Assembly (NCBI GenBank): GCA_021732675.1
Contig: JAKFUN010000002.1
Span: forward strand, 1 to 44,235
DNA: 44,235 nt
Direction: 5' to 3'
DNA from: Phycisphaerales bacterium
GTDB taxonomy: Bacteria; Planctomycetota; Phycisphaerae; Phycisphaerales; UBA1924
A program made the translations under genes and the position numbers. Below are positions 18,374-28,610 of the stretch, piece by piece. Positions within the stretch are counted from its first letter, which is position 1. Every line of letters begins with the position of its first letter. The notes under the pieces are model-generated. The model searched no databases and was not told the origin of the DNA. It saw only the letters and a list, made by a program, of their open reading frames with translations.

Positions 18374-18886
18374 ATGCCCTACCGGATAGCCTGTCTTTGC
18401 GATCTTCGCGACGCGCAACGGCGGGTGCTCATGCTCCGCCGCCTCAAGGCCCCCAACCAAGGTCTGGCCAGCCCTATCGGGGGAAAACTCGATGTCGGTC
18501 AGGGCGAAAGCCCCGCCCAATGCGCCCGGCGCGAGATCCTCGAAGAAGCCGAGATAGACGTTCCGATCGAGCGTCTCCACCTTATCGGGCTGGTCAGCGA
18601 GCAGGCCTTCGAGGGCAAGGGACACTGGCTGATGTTTGTCTACCGCGTCCTGGGACCGGTCGAGGTCACCCCCCGCGACATGCGCGAAGGTCGCCTGGAC
18701 TGGTTCGCCCCAGAAGAGCTCGAAGCTCTCCCCCTGCCGGAAACCGATCGCAAGATCATCTGGCCCCTGATGAAGCGAGCCGAACCCAAGACGCCGGGGG
18801 GCAGGCCCGGTTTCTTCGCGGTCCACATCGATTGCCGCACCTCAGAGCTCACCTGGTCAGTAGAACAAGAAACGCCGGGGTCGTGA
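18374..18886 (+). CDS. NUDIX hydrolase (MutT-like)
   Basis: Nudix box GGKLDVGQGESPAQCARREILEEAEI. Start could be 18338. Confidence 0.9.
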   Translation: MPYRIACLCDLRDAQRRVLMLRRLKAPNQGLASPIGGKLDVGQGESPAQCARREILEEAEIDVPIERLHLIGLVSEQAFEGKGHWLMFVYRVLGPVEVTPRDMREGRLDWFAPEELEALPLPETDRKIIWPLMKRAEPKTPGGRPGFFAVHIDCRTSELTWSVEQETPGS

Positions 18887-18995
18887 GCCGGCTGCCCAGC
18901 CCCTTTCCCCGCGTCCACCTTCCCCCGCGGGCCAGAGTCCTGGCAGAAACCGGCTTTTTGGAACTCCGACCCCCCATCCCCCTAACAATACAGAC

Positions 18996-20828
18996 GTGAT
19001 GACCACACTGAGCAAATCGCGTGGGTGGCCCTCCTCCTTCTTGATCGCCATCGGGCGGGTGACCGCATGGATGATCGCCTTCGCCGCCCTGCTCTTGGTT
19101 CCTGAGGGGCTGGGGCAGGCGCCCCAGTCGGCGGTCCCCGCCTCACGGGCCGCGAAGAACGTCGCCATCATCACCCTGCACGGCCAGATCGACAGTCAGG
19201 GGGTCATGGCCAAGAGCATCGCCCGCCGCATCGCTTGGGCCGAGCGGGCCGGCGCCGACGCCATCGTCTTCGACATCAACACCCCCGGGGGCGACCTCAG
19301 TTCTGTACTCCAGATCTGCAACAGCATCAAGCAGACGCCGATCACCAACACAGTCGCCTGGATCAACCCCGACGCCTATTCGGGCGGGGCGATCGTCGCC
19401 TTGGCCTGCCGCGAGATCGTTGTCAACGACCCCGCCAGCTTCGGCGATGCCAAGATCATCACCGGCGGGGTCCTGGGCATGGATCCGCGCGGGCTCTCGC
19501 CTGAGATGCTCCGCAAGGCCATGCCCCCGCTGATCGCCGAGGTGGTGGACTCTGCCCGCCGCCACAACGCCGAGTATGGCTCCTACACCCGCGACGAGTA
19601 CCTCGTGCAGGCCATCGTCGCCGACGACCTGCCCCTGTGGCTGGCCCGGAACCGCAAGACGGGCCAGCAGATGTGCATCGATCGCCAGGAACTCGCCGCG
19701 TTCTTCCCCGATCACAACCCCGCTGGCCCGACCCGGCTCGCCTCTGTTCCCGGGCTCGCCGTGCCGGTCGACGACTCTCGCCCCATCGAAACCCCTGTCG
19801 ATTCCGTCACCGGACAGATCCCTGCCGGCTCCGACAAACTCGCCCGAATCTCAGACGATCTATCCCAGCTTCTAAGCTCCGCGTCCGCCCGTCCCACCCT
19901 CACCAAAGACAACGCCCAGGACTGGGAGGTCATCGAGAAGGTCACCGACGGGAGCGGGGCGGCCACCTTCAAAACCGCCGACATGCTCCGCTTTGGCCTG
20001 GCCGCTAACGACACCACCCTTGTCAACGGCGCCCCGGTCATCAAGCCCATCCGCAACGACGAAGACCTCAAGGCCTTCTTCGGAGCCCGAAACATCCTTC
20101 GGTATGACTCATCGTGGTCCGAAGGCCTGGTTCTCTTCCTTACGAATATCTGGGTGCGGGGGCTGCTGATCGTGATCTTCCTGGTGGGGCTCTTTGTTGA
20201 GATGACTCATCCGGGGGTCATCGCCCCAGCCGCCATCTCGCTGATCGCGCTGGTCGCACTCATCGCCCCCCCCATGCTGATCGGCATGGCGAACTGGTGG
20301 GAAGTCGCGGCCATCCTCGCCGGGCTCGTTCTGCTGCTCCTTGAAATCCTCGTCTTGCCCGGCTTTGGGGTAGCCGGGATCGCCGGGCTGATTTTGCTCT
20401 TTGTCGGGCTCGTCGCCACCTTTGTCCCCGGCGGGAGCGGACTCTTCCCCGATTCGCCCCAGGCCCAAAGTGGGCTGGCCTACGGAGCCCTGGTCACGCT
20501 CATGGCGGTCCTCACCGCCGGGCTGAGCATGTGGCAGATCGGCAGGCACTTTGGGTCGTTGCCCTTGCTCAACAAGCTTGTCCTCACCACCAACGACGAC
20601 GAGTCCAGCAACCTGCTGCTGGCCATGAACCCCGCAGGGGACGACGACGCGAGGGTCGGTGAGGAGGGCGTCGCCATCTCTCCCCTCAGGCCCGGCGGAC
20701 GCATTCGCATCGGTGAACGCTTGCTCGACGCCTCGGCGGTCTCCGGCTACATTGATTCCGGCACGCCCGTGCGGGTGGTGCGCGTGGAAGGACCTTGGGT
20801 GTGGGTGGAACCAAAGGCCATCGCCTGA
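18996..20828 (+). CDS. Long-form NfeD membrane-bound serine protease (ClpP-class domain, TM region, OB fold)
   Basis: Motifs DINTPGG, AYSGGAIVALAC, EMTHPG, LEILVLPGFGVAGIAG and C-terminal LRPGGRIRIG. Confidence 0.88.
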   Translation: MMTTLSKSRGWPSSFLIAIGRVTAWMIAFAALLLVPEGLGQAPQSAVPASRAAKNVAIITLHGQIDSQGVMAKSIARRIAWAERAGADAIVFDINTPGGDLSSVLQICNSIKQTPITNTVAWINPDAYSGGAIVALACREIVVNDPASFGDAKIITGGVLGMDPRGLSPEMLRKAMPPLIAEVVDSARRHNAEYGSYTRDEYLVQAIVADDLPLWLARNRKTGQQMCIDRQELAAFFPDHNPAGPTRLASVPGLAVPVDDSRPIETPVDSVTGQIPAGSDKLARISDDLSQLLSSASARPTLTKDNAQDWEVIEKVTDGSGAATFKTADMLRFGLAANDTTLVNGAPVIKPIRNDEDLKAFFGARNILRYDSSWSEGLVLFLTNIWVRGLLIVIFLVGLFVEMTHPGVIAPAAISLIALVALIAPPMLIGMANWWEVAAILAGLVLLLLEILVLPGFGVAGIAGLILLFVGLVATFVPGGSGLFPDSPQAQSGLAYGALVTLMAVLTAGLSMWQIGRHFGSLPLLNKLVLTTNDDESSNLLLAMNPAGDDDARVGEEGVAISPLRPGGRIRIGERLLDASAVSGYIDSGTPVRVVRVEGPWVWVEPKAIA

Positions 20829-20875
20829 GGCCCAGAACCGGCCCGCGACCTGGGCCGAGATTGAAAGAACACCCG

Positions 20876-21376
20876 ATGGAATCACTGCTCGTCTGGGGTC
20901 TTGGGCTCATCGGTCTGGCGATCGTGCTGCTATCGCTGGAGTTCTTTGTCTCCGCCGCCGGGGCCTTTGCGCTTAGCGCCGCGGTCATGGCCCTCGTCGG
21001 AGTGGGGTGCCTGTTTTTCTATGACCTCTTGTGGGGAGCGATCGGCTCGCTGGTGATGCTGGTGCTGGGGCCCGCCTCCTTCTACTGGGGGCTCAAGGTC
21101 TGGCCTCACACCGGGCTGGGGCGAAGGGTGATTGGCGCCCCCACCGATGAAGAGCAGGAGCAGCAGCGTCAGCAGCAGGCGGCGACCGACCTCAAGTCTC
21201 GATCCCTCATCGGCAAAGAAGGCGTCGTCGTGTCAGACCTTCGGCCCATCGGGGCCGCCGACTTTGGCGGGACGCGGATGGAAGTCATCTCCGAATCCAG
21301 CTTTGTTCCCGTCGGCGCCCGGGTCCGGATCATCTCGATCTCGGGCCCGTCGATCAAGGTTCGCGAGCTGCACTGA
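20876..21376 (+). CDS. Short NfeD-family protein
   Basis: Three TM segments with LEFFV, then the OB fold LIGKEGVVVSDLRPIG. Confidence 0.88.
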   Translation: MESLLVWGLGLIGLAIVLLSLEFFVSAAGAFALSAAVMALVGVGCLFFYDLLWGAIGSLVMLVLGPASFYWGLKVWPHTGLGRRVIGAPTDEEQEQQRQQQAATDLKSRSLIGKEGVVVSDLRPIGAADFGGTRMEVISESSFVPVGARVRIISISGPSIKVRELH

Positions 21377-21499
21377 CCGGGTGTGCGCGCATTTTTCGGG
21401 ACCTCCGGATTTGACAGCCACGCCGGCGGTTCTCGACGTTACACTTCCCCGCTTGGCCGGGCGACCAGCGCACGGCAAGATCCTCAGGAGGGCTTTGGA

Positions 21500-22609
21500 A
21501 TGCTTCGCAGTTTTGTTCGCTCCATCAGCGCCGCCGCCGCCGCGCTCACCATGTTGACCACCGCCGCCCTTGCCCAACCCGCCGGGGGTGCGGGCGGGGG
21601 CAACAGCAACACGATCATTCTCGTGGTGCTGCTGGTCGTGGGCATTTTCGTCATCTTCGCGGTGGTCTACCTGCTTCAGTTCATGAGCCTGTACATTCAG
21701 GCCCTGACCAGCAACGCCCCGGTGGGCTTGCTCGATATGGTGGGCATGCGCCTGCGGCGCGTGGATCTCCGCACCGTGGTGATGAACCGCATCCGGGCTG
21801 TCAAGAGCGGGATGGATATCTCCACCAACCTCATCGAGACTCACTACTTGGCCGGGGGCAGAGTCAGCAACGTCATCAGCGCCCTCATCGCGGCTCAGGG
21901 TGCCCGCATCGAACTCCCCTGGAGCACCGCCACCGCCATCGACCTGGCCGGACGCGACATTCTCGACGCTGTTCACACCAGTGTGAACCCCAAGGTCATC
22001 GATTGTCCCGCCCCGCAGGGGCAGCGCTCGACCATCGACGCCGTTGCCAAGGACGGCATTCAGTTGAAGGTGAAGGCGCGCGTGACCGTGCGCACCAACA
22101 TCGCGCGGCTCGTCGGCGGTGCCACCGAAGAAACCATCATCGCCCGCGTCGGCCAGGGCATCGTCAGCACCATCGGCTCGGCCCACGACCACAAGGCGGT
22201 GCTGGAAAACCCTGACGACATCAGCAAGACGGTCATGAAGTCGGGCCTGGACGCCGGGACCGCCTTCGAGATCCTCTCGATCGACATCGCCGACGTCGAC
22301 GTCGGCGAGAACATCGGCGCTCAGCTCCAGCAAGCCCAGGCCGAGGCCGACAAGAAGCGCTTCCAGGCCGAGGCGGAAAAGCGCCGCGCCCTGGCTATGG
22401 CCCTCGAACAGGAAAACAAGGCCAAAGTGGAAGAAAACCGGGCGCTGGTGACGCTGGCCGAAGCGGAGATTCCCAAGGCCATCGCCGACGCCTTCCGCAA
22501 CGGGCGGTTGGGCGTGCTGGATTACTACAAGCTTCAGAACGTTCAGGCGGACACGGCCATGCGCGGGGCGATCGCGAAGGACAGCCTGCCGCAGCAGCCG
22601 CGGCAGTAG
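21500..22609 (+). CDS. floA: Flotillin-like protein FloA (YqfA family)
   Basis: RBS AGGAGG; motifs [43 protein letters not shown] and [25 protein letters not shown]. Confidence 0.95.
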   Translation: MLRSFVRSISAAAAALTMLTTAALAQPAGGAGGGNSNTIILVVLLVVGIFVIFAVVYLLQFMSLYIQALTSNAPVGLLDMVGMRLRRVDLRTVVMNRIRAVKSGMDISTNLIETHYLAGGRVSNVISALIAAQGARIELPWSTATAIDLAGRDILDAVHTSVNPKVIDCPAPQGQRSTIDAVAKDGIQLKVKARVTVRTNIARLVGGATEETIIARVGQGIVSTIGSAHDHKAVLENPDDISKTVMKSGLDAGTAFEILSIDIADVDVGENIGAQLQQAQAEADKKRFQAEAEKRRALAMALEQENKAKVEENRALVTLAEAEIPKAIADAFRNGRLGVLDYYKLQNVQADTAMRGAIAKDSLPQQPRQ

Positions 22610-22654
22610 ATCCAAACCGGGGCCTGCACACGCTCGAAAGACGGTTTCGGCGAT

Positions 22655-23752
22655 TTAGCAACTTGCGATCTGGCCGTTTGCCGCCGCCGCAATCAACGTC
22701 TGCGTCAAGACGGCCCCCGCCCCCACCAGCGTCGCATGCCCCACCTTGCGTCCCGCGCGTGGCTCCTTGCCGTAGTCATGCACCCGCACCCCGGGAATCT
22801 TGAGGAGCTCGGCCACCGGGGGCATCGCGCCGATGAAGTTCACCATCACGCTGCTGCCCCGCACACCCGGCTCACCCAGCGGCAGGCCCGCCACCGCCCG
22901 GCAGTGGTTCTCAAACTGGCTCACTTCACACCCGTCAATCGTCCAGTGCCCGCTGTTGTGTACACGCGGGGCCATCTCGTTGGCGTAGAGCTCTGTGCCG
23001 GTGTCAAAGAGTTCAACGGCCAGCACGCCCACGTAGTTGAGGCGCTGCAGCAGCGCTTCGGCGTGTTGACGAGCGCTTCGCTCGGTCGCAGCGTCCACCT
23101 CCGCCGCCGGGGCGCGACTCACCCGCAAAATCCCCCCCTCGTGCACGTTCTCCGTCAGCGGATACGTCACGCACGCCCCGTCGCGCCCGCGACACGCGAT
23201 GATCGAGAGCTCGCGTTTGAAGGTCACAAGGCGTTCGATGAGCAACGCCCCATCGCCCAAGGTAGCGCGGAGCCGGGCCGCGTCGGCGGCGGTTCGCAGC
23301 ACCATCTGCCCCTTGCCGTCGTAGCCCATCCGGCGGGTTTTGGCCACCAGCGGCAAGCCCAGCCTGGCAACAGCCCCCAGCCCATCGTCGCCGGGCTCGA
23401 CATTCTCAAAATCATGCACCGCGAACCCCAGCTCGCGAAAGGCGGTCTTTTCCTTCAGCCGGTCCTGGCCGGTTTCGAGGGCCTGCGGCGGCGGATAGAC
23501 CGGCACGCGCTGCGCCAGCCAGCGCACGCTCGCCCCCGGCACATTCTCAAACTCGTACGTCACCACATCCACGCCGGCGGCAAACTTCGCAAGCACCGCC
23601 TCGTCTTCGAAGGCGCCAGTGACCACCTCCCCCACCGCTGCGGCGGGCGGGTTGGGCGTGGGATCCAGAAACCGAAACCGCAGGCCGAGCGGCATGCCCG
23701 CCAGCGCCAGCATCTGGCCGAGTTGTCCGCCCCCCAGCACACCGATGAGCAT
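22655..23752 (-). CDS. purK: N5-carboxyaminoimidazole ribonucleotide synthase
   Basis: Motifs GVLGGGQLGQM, TYEFENV, GYDGKGQ, NEMAPRVHNSGHWT and GRKVGH. Confidence 0.96.
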   Translation of the reverse strand: MLIGVLGGGQLGQMLALAGMPLGLRFRFLDPTPNPPAAAVGEVVTGAFEDEAVLAKFAAGVDVVTYEFENVPGASVRWLAQRVPVYPPPQALETGQDRLKEKTAFRELGFAVHDFENVEPGDDGLGAVARLGLPLVAKTRRMGYDGKGQMVLRTAADAARLRATLGDGALLIERLVTFKRELSIIACRGRDGACVTYPLTENVHEGGILRVSRAPAAEVDAATERSARQHAEALLQRLNYVGVLAVELFDTGTELYANEMAPRVHNSGHWTIDGCEVSQFENHCRAVAGLPLGEPGVRGSSVMVNFIGAMPPVAELLKIPGVRVHDYGKEPRAGRKVGHATLVGAGAVLTQTLIAAAANGQIASC

Positions 23753-23777
23753 TCGTCGCGTCTCCGTGGAGAAAGAT

Positions 23778-24299
23778 TCAGGCCCGGCGTGGGTCGCGGG
23801 TGTCCAACACGCGCTGGGTTTGCTCGGCGCGATACGCAACCAGGCGCTGGGCGAGCGCGGGGTCGGAAAGGCTCAACACCGCCGCCCCGAAAAGACCCGC
23901 GTTGATCGCCCCGGCTTTGCCGATTGCCATGGTCGCCACCGGCACGCCCCCGGGCATCTGCACGATTGAGAGCAACGAGTCCATCCCCTTGAGCGTGTGG
24001 CTCTCGATGGGCACTCCCACGATCGGCAGCGGAGTCTTGGACGCCAACATGCCCGGCAGGTGGGCCGCCCCGCCTGCGCCGGCGATGATGAGCCTCAGAC
24101 CCCGCTCCGGCGCCGCCTCGGCATATTCGAACAACCAATCCGGCGTGCGATGGGCCGAAACGACCTTCACTTCGTGGGGCACCTGCAGCCCCTCCAGCGT
24201 CTCGCTGGCGTGACGCATCGTTTCCCAGTCAGAGCGCGAGCCCATCACCACCCCGATGAGGGGCGAGGGGGCATCGGCAAAGGTGTTGCTTGAAGCCAT
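23778..24299 (-). CDS. purE: N5-CAIR mutase
   Basis: Motifs MGSRSDW, VVSAHRTP, AGAGGAAHLPGM and SIVQMPGGVPVAT. Confidence 0.97.
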   Translation of the reverse strand: MASSNTFADAPSPLIGVVMGSRSDWETMRHASETLEGLQVPHEVKVVSAHRTPDWLFEYAEAAPERGLRLIIAGAGGAAHLPGMLASKTPLPIVGVPIESHTLKGMDSLLSIVQMPGGVPVATMAIGKAGAINAGLFGAAVLSLSDPALAQRLVAYRAEQTQRVLDTRDPRRA

Positions 24300-24398
24300 T
24301 TCCCAAGTGTAGAGAGTTGTCCCCCGCGAACAACGCACAGGCCCAGGCCCTCTCAAGTCAGCCCGCTCGCATCGGACCCAACGCCTTTTCTCGCGGCC

Positions 24399-25961
24399 CT
24401 AAGGCCGAGTATCGGGCTTCGCACCGCTCGCGGGCGCGCCGGACGCGGGCGAGGCGGGGCCATCGACTTCCTTGGGCGGGGGGGCGTCGGGCACCGAGGC
24501 GGTTCCGAGCTTTGCGAGGGCTGCGTTGATCGCATCCGCCAGCCCCTCCATGCTCACCCCGGCGCGATAGGGCGCGGGGCCTTTGAGCAGCTCTCCTTCG
24601 GGGCCAATCAAGGCATATGAGGGGAAACCGGAGACGCCAAAGCTCTTCGCGACGGTGTCGGCCTCCAGAAGAAGATCAAATGTGAACCCACCCTGGCGAT
24701 ACTCGTCGATCGCCGCGTCTTTGCTGCGTTCACGAACCGCGAAGCTCACCCCCACTAGCGCCTGACCCTTGTAGCGATCCAGCAGCGCCTGAAAATCGCG
24801 GCGAGCCTCGCCCACCCCCAGCGACCAGGTGCCAGCAAACTCGGCGATGGCGACCTTCCCGCGCAATGTCGCCAGCGACACTTTCGTGCCCGCGGCGTTG
24901 GTCAGTTCAAACTCCGGGGCCATTCTAAGTTGTGGCGCCGACGGCTTGGCCGTGGCGACATCCGCGGGAGCTTTGCTTGGCGCCAACCCGCCCGGCTCGT
25001 GATTTTCTGGCGTGGGGGGAACCACCGCGGGCTTGGCCGCCGGGACCACCCGGTCTTCGGTGAATCCTTCCGGAATCGGCACTCGCAAATCCGCAGGGGC
25101 GATCTCTTCGCGTTTCTGCCCGGCCCGCAGCCTGGTGAGCTCATTGATCCGCGAGCCCGCGTCGGCGCCGCTGAGCAGCGCCTCGCTTTTTCGCGGCAGA
25201 TGATCTTCCACACCCAACCACCATCGCACCCGCAGGCGCCCGTTGTTCACCGTCGCGAGCACCACATCGCACTCCACGCCTCCGACCTGGGCGCGTTCCT
25301 CGATGGCGTAGTCCGAGGCTTCGAGTTCTTTCTTGAAGGGCTGCGCGTTGGTCAGTTCATCGAAGCGGGCCAGCCCGGCCGAGGCGACGGGCTTGGCCTT
25401 GCGGGCTTCGGGGAGGGTTCGCTCTATGACCTTTTTGGCTTCGGTGTCAACCCACTCCACAGTCGATTCGAGCCACGCGACATCGAAAGCGACGGTGCCG
25501 CCAAACCCGCTGGTGGTGGAGCCCTTGGCGCGAACATGCCACCCGGGGAGGACGGCCGGGGAGGCCCTCACCAGCCAGAGGTCGGCCTCGGTGGTGGAGC
25601 TGCGCGAGCCCAGCGACCCGGTGCCGCGGATGGAGAGGTGATATGAGAAGGCCCGGGCTTGCCGGACCGCGTCAGCCGCCCGCACGAAGTATGCGTGTCC
25701 GGGGTGGTCGGTCGCGGGGGGCAACCTGGGCTGAGCCGGGCGGGCCGGCGCGGGAGGCTTCGCAGCGGGAGGGGTTGCCGGCTGAGCATCGCGTGTGGGC
25801 TGCTCTTGCTGCTGGTGCGGGTCAAAGGGCTCGGAGGTTCGTTCATCTTCGCCCGGCGCGGGCTGGGCCAGCGCGGGGTGACCCGCGAGAGCCCCAACGC
25901 ACAGCGCCACCACCAAAGACCGAGCCCAAGACCACCCCGACAACTGGAAGCGTGCAAGCAT
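24399..25961 (-). CDS. Secreted protein with a LolA-like N-terminal region and a TlpA/redoxin-fold C-terminal domain lacking CxxC
   Basis: Signal peptide ending ALA-Q; VGGVECDVV...WWLGVEDHLPRK; APEFELTNAAGTKVSLATLRGKV; FAGTWSLGV; FGVSGFPSYALIGPEG. Start uncertain. Confidence 0.75.
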   Translation of the reverse strand: MLARFQLSGWSWARSLVVALCVGALAGHPALAQPAPGEDERTSEPFDPHQQQEQPTRDAQPATPPAAKPPAPARPAQPRLPPATDHPGHAYFVRAADAVRQARAFSYHLSIRGTGSLGSRSSTTEADLWLVRASPAVLPGWHVRAKGSTTSGFGGTVAFDVAWLESTVEWVDTEAKKVIERTLPEARKAKPVASAGLARFDELTNAQPFKKELEASDYAIEERAQVGGVECDVVLATVNNGRLRVRWWLGVEDHLPRKSEALLSGADAGSRINELTRLRAGQKREEIAPADLRVPIPEGFTEDRVVPAAKPAVVPPTPENHEPGGLAPSKAPADVATAKPSAPQLRMAPEFELTNAAGTKVSLATLRGKVAIAEFAGTWSLGVGEARRDFQALLDRYKGQALVGVSFAVRERSKDAAIDEYRQGGFTFDLLLEADTVAKSFGVSGFPSYALIGPEGELLKGPAPYRAGVSMEGLADAINAALAKLGTASVPDAPPPKEVDGPASPASGAPASGAKPDTRP

Positions 25962-26021
25962 AAGGAGCGACTCCAACAACCCGCGAGGGAGCAACCCGCG
26001 ACGGGACCGCGGGACACAAAG

Positions 26022-26864
26022 TTAGCCTTGCCCGCTGGAGAAGAGCGCCGCCAGCGCCAGGCCGGGGTCGGGCTGCTTCATGAGGTGTTCGCCCACCAGC
26101 GCGATCCGCACGCCGGCCTGTGCGAGCAGGGCCAGGTGGGCGGGGGTCTGGATCCCCGACTCGCTCACGAGCCACGAGGGGTCGGGGACGCGGGCCGCCA
26201 GCCGGGGCGTGTGCGAGATATCAACCTTCATGGTTGCGAGATCACGATTGTTGATGCCCAGGAGGATTTTGCCGGGATGAGCCTGAAAAACCGCAAGCCC
26301 GCGCTCGAAGTTGGCTTCGTCGTGAATCTCGAGCAGCACCCCGAGCCCAAGTTGGGTGGCGATGGCCGCGCTCTCTCGCAGGGCCCCGTCGTCCAGGCAC
26401 TCGGCCATCAGCAGCACCGCGTCCGCCCCCGCCGCCCGGCTTTCCCACACCTGCCAGGGGTCGACCACAAAGTCCTTGCGAAGCACGGGCAGCGAGCACG
26501 TCCGCCGGATGCGGGCGAGGTACGCGAGGTCGCCGGCGAAAAACTCGGGGTCGGTGAGGCAGGAGATCGCTCCCGCCCCGGCCCGCTCATACTTTTCTGC
26601 CATGACTTCCGGCGAAAAATCTTCGCTCGCGTACTCCGGGCGCATCCACCCGGCGCTCGGGCTCTTGCGCTTCACCTCTGCGATGATCGCCGCGTGCCGG
26701 CGCGGCCCCCGCAGCACCCCGACGAAGTCTCGGCAGGGGGGCGTTCCCTCCGCGCGGGCCCGCAGCGACGGCTCCGGCTCGCGGGCTTTGGCCGATGCGA
26801 CGCGCTGGCGGGTGTGCTCGATGATGGTGGCAAGGGTCTTCATGATCGCGGCGTTTCTCGCCAT
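26022..26864 (-). CDS. trpC: Indole-3-glycerol phosphate synthase
   Basis: Motifs IIAEVKRKSPSAG, AISCLTD, PVLRKDF, GINNRDL, VSESGI and LVGEHLM. Start 26864 or 26843. Confidence 0.95.
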   Translation of the reverse strand: MARNAAIMKTLATIIEHTRQRVASAKAREPEPSLRARAEGTPPCRDFVGVLRGPRRHAAIIAEVKRKSPSAGWMRPEYASEDFSPEVMAEKYERAGAGAISCLTDPEFFAGDLAYLARIRRTCSLPVLRKDFVVDPWQVWESRAAGADAVLLMAECLDDGALRESAAIATQLGLGVLLEIHDEANFERGLAVFQAHPGKILLGINNRDLATMKVDISHTPRLAARVPDPSWLVSESGIQTPAHLALLAQAGVRIALVGEHLMKQPDPGLALAALFSSGQG

Positions 26865-26964
26865 GATTGTTGTCTCCCCCGCCCCCGCCCGCGCTTCAGA
26901 AGTTTCCAATTCATCCCCACGCGCGACTCCTGCCACCATGGGGGCCACAGTCGGGCTCGAATGG

Positions 26965-27792
26965 ATGTCGCATAACCCGTGGATGTGGGGGAATCTGGCC
27001 GCCGCGCTCCTCATCCTTGTGGTCCTGTGGTGGCGGGGCTGGCTCCGCCCCGCTGCCATGGCCGGCAGCCGCGGGGTTGACGAACAGCCCGCGTGGATCT
27101 GGGCGAGCGCCGTGGCCATGGTCTTTCTTTCTCTGGGGCTGGGCGCGAGCGCGGTCCATGGCCTCCCAGGCATTTCCAGCGGGGTTTCCTCAGGCTCCCC
27201 CAAGGCACAGGCGTGGATTCAGCTCGGCGCGTACGGCGCGGGCCTCCCCGTGGCTTTCTTCCTTCTTCATCTCCTTCGCACCGGTGCCCCCAAGGCCGGG
27301 CTGCCGATCGACACCCGCTCTCTTTGCCTCGGACTGGGGCTTGGGGTGCTCGCGCTGCCGGTGGCCATCACCATCGGCAACGCGGCCATCGCGGGCTCCT
27401 CACTGCTTGGCTATCCCCCGCCCGACCAACTCGCCCACCCCGTGCTCAAGCTTCTTCGCGACCACCCCGAGAGCATCTGGACCTGGATCATCGCTGCGTG
27501 CGCCGTGCTTGCCGCGCCGATCTTCGAGGAAGCCCTGTATCGCGGGCTCCTTCAGTCGTTCGTGCTGCGCGTTACCGGCTCGGCGTGGGCCAGCGTGCTG
27601 GTGGCGTCGGGGGCCTTCGTGCTGGCCCATGTCGGCGCTGGGCTGCCCGGTCCGGCCCTGATCGAGATCGGCGCGCTGGGGGTGATCTGGGGCGTGGTAT
27701 TCGAACGCACCAAACGCCTGGGGGTGGTGATCGCGATGCATGTACTCTTCAACGCCGCCAATCTCGCGGCGGTGCTGTTCGGGGTCGCCTAA
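26965..27792 (+). CDS. CPBP-family (CAAX/Abi) intramembrane glutamic endopeptidase
   Basis: Motifs APIFEEALYRG, FVLAH and MHVLFN; multiple TM segments. Confidence 0.9.
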   Translation: MSHNPWMWGNLAAALLILVVLWWRGWLRPAAMAGSRGVDEQPAWIWASAVAMVFLSLGLGASAVHGLPGISSGVSSGSPKAQAWIQLGAYGAGLPVAFFLLHLLRTGAPKAGLPIDTRSLCLGLGLGVLALPVAITIGNAAIAGSSLLGYPPPDQLAHPVLKLLRDHPESIWTWIIAACAVLAAPIFEEALYRGLLQSFVLRVTGSAWASVLVASGAFVLAHVGAGLPGPALIEIGALGVIWGVVFERTKRLGVVIAMHVLFNAANLAAVLFGVA

Positions 27793-27825
27793 TGCCCCGG
27801 CTTGGCCGATCATGCTCCAGCAGCG

Positions 27826-28467
27826 TCAGGCACTCTTTGATGCGGGCTTCTCCTTTGCGGTCTTGGCTGGCTTTTTTGCTGGCTTTGGGGGTGCCTTTTT
27901 GGCCTTGGGGGACTCTGAGCTGTCGTCCTTGATCGCGGTGGCTCGCGCGGCCTTGGCTGCCTTATTCGCCGCCGGCTTGGCAACGTGTTGGCCGGACACC
28001 ACCTGCAAGACTTCGCCCACGTGCCCGGTGACCTTCACTTTGTCCCAGCGCCGCTCCACCTTTGCATCCGCATCGACCAGATAGGTGGTCCGCACCACCC
28101 CCATGTACTTGCGGCCGTACATGCTCTTTTCCTGCCACACCCCAAAGGCGTGGCACATGCCCGGCGTGCCGGAGGCGTCGCGCTGGTCCACCAGAATCGG
28201 AAAGCCCAGCCCGTACTTGGCAACGAACTTCTGATGGTCCTTCACGCTGTCGGGGCTGACGCCAAAGACCTTCACGCCGGCGCCCGCAAAGGCCTTGGCC
28301 GCGTTGCTGAACTCGCACGCCTGCGTGGTGCAATCCTTTGAGTCGTCCTTGGGGTAGAAAAAGAGAACAAAGCGCGAGCCCGCCAGGGCTTCGCGGGCTA
28401 CGGGGGCACCGGTGTGGTCGGTCATCTCGAAGCTTGGGACGGGCTGGCCGATGTCGATGAGCGGCAT
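27826..28467 (-). CDS. bcp: BCP/PrxQ peroxiredoxin with Lys/Ala/Pro-rich C-terminal tail
   Basis: Motifs FFYPKDDSKDCTTQACEF, GVSPDS and EKSMYGRKYMGVVRTTYL. Confidence 0.92.
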   Translation of the reverse strand: MPLIDIGQPVPSFEMTDHTGAPVAREALAGSRFVLFFYPKDDSKDCTTQACEFSNAAKAFAGAGVKVFGVSPDSVKDHQKFVAKYGLGFPILVDQRDASGTPGMCHAFGVWQEKSMYGRKYMGVVRTTYLVDADAKVERRWDKVKVTGHVGEVLQVVSGQHVAKPAANKAAKAARATAIKDDSSESPKAKKAPPKPAKKPAKTAKEKPASKSA

Positions 28468-28610
28468 GCGTGAACTCCTCTGGGCTGCGCCAATGGCTAC
28501 GCATGCTCTTCGAGAGGCGTCGTAAAACAGATGACGCCGGGCCTTCGTTCTCGATGGTCCGGGTCAATGGTGGAAACGACGGCGTGGTCGGGCGAATCAG
28601 GGCCAGTGGC

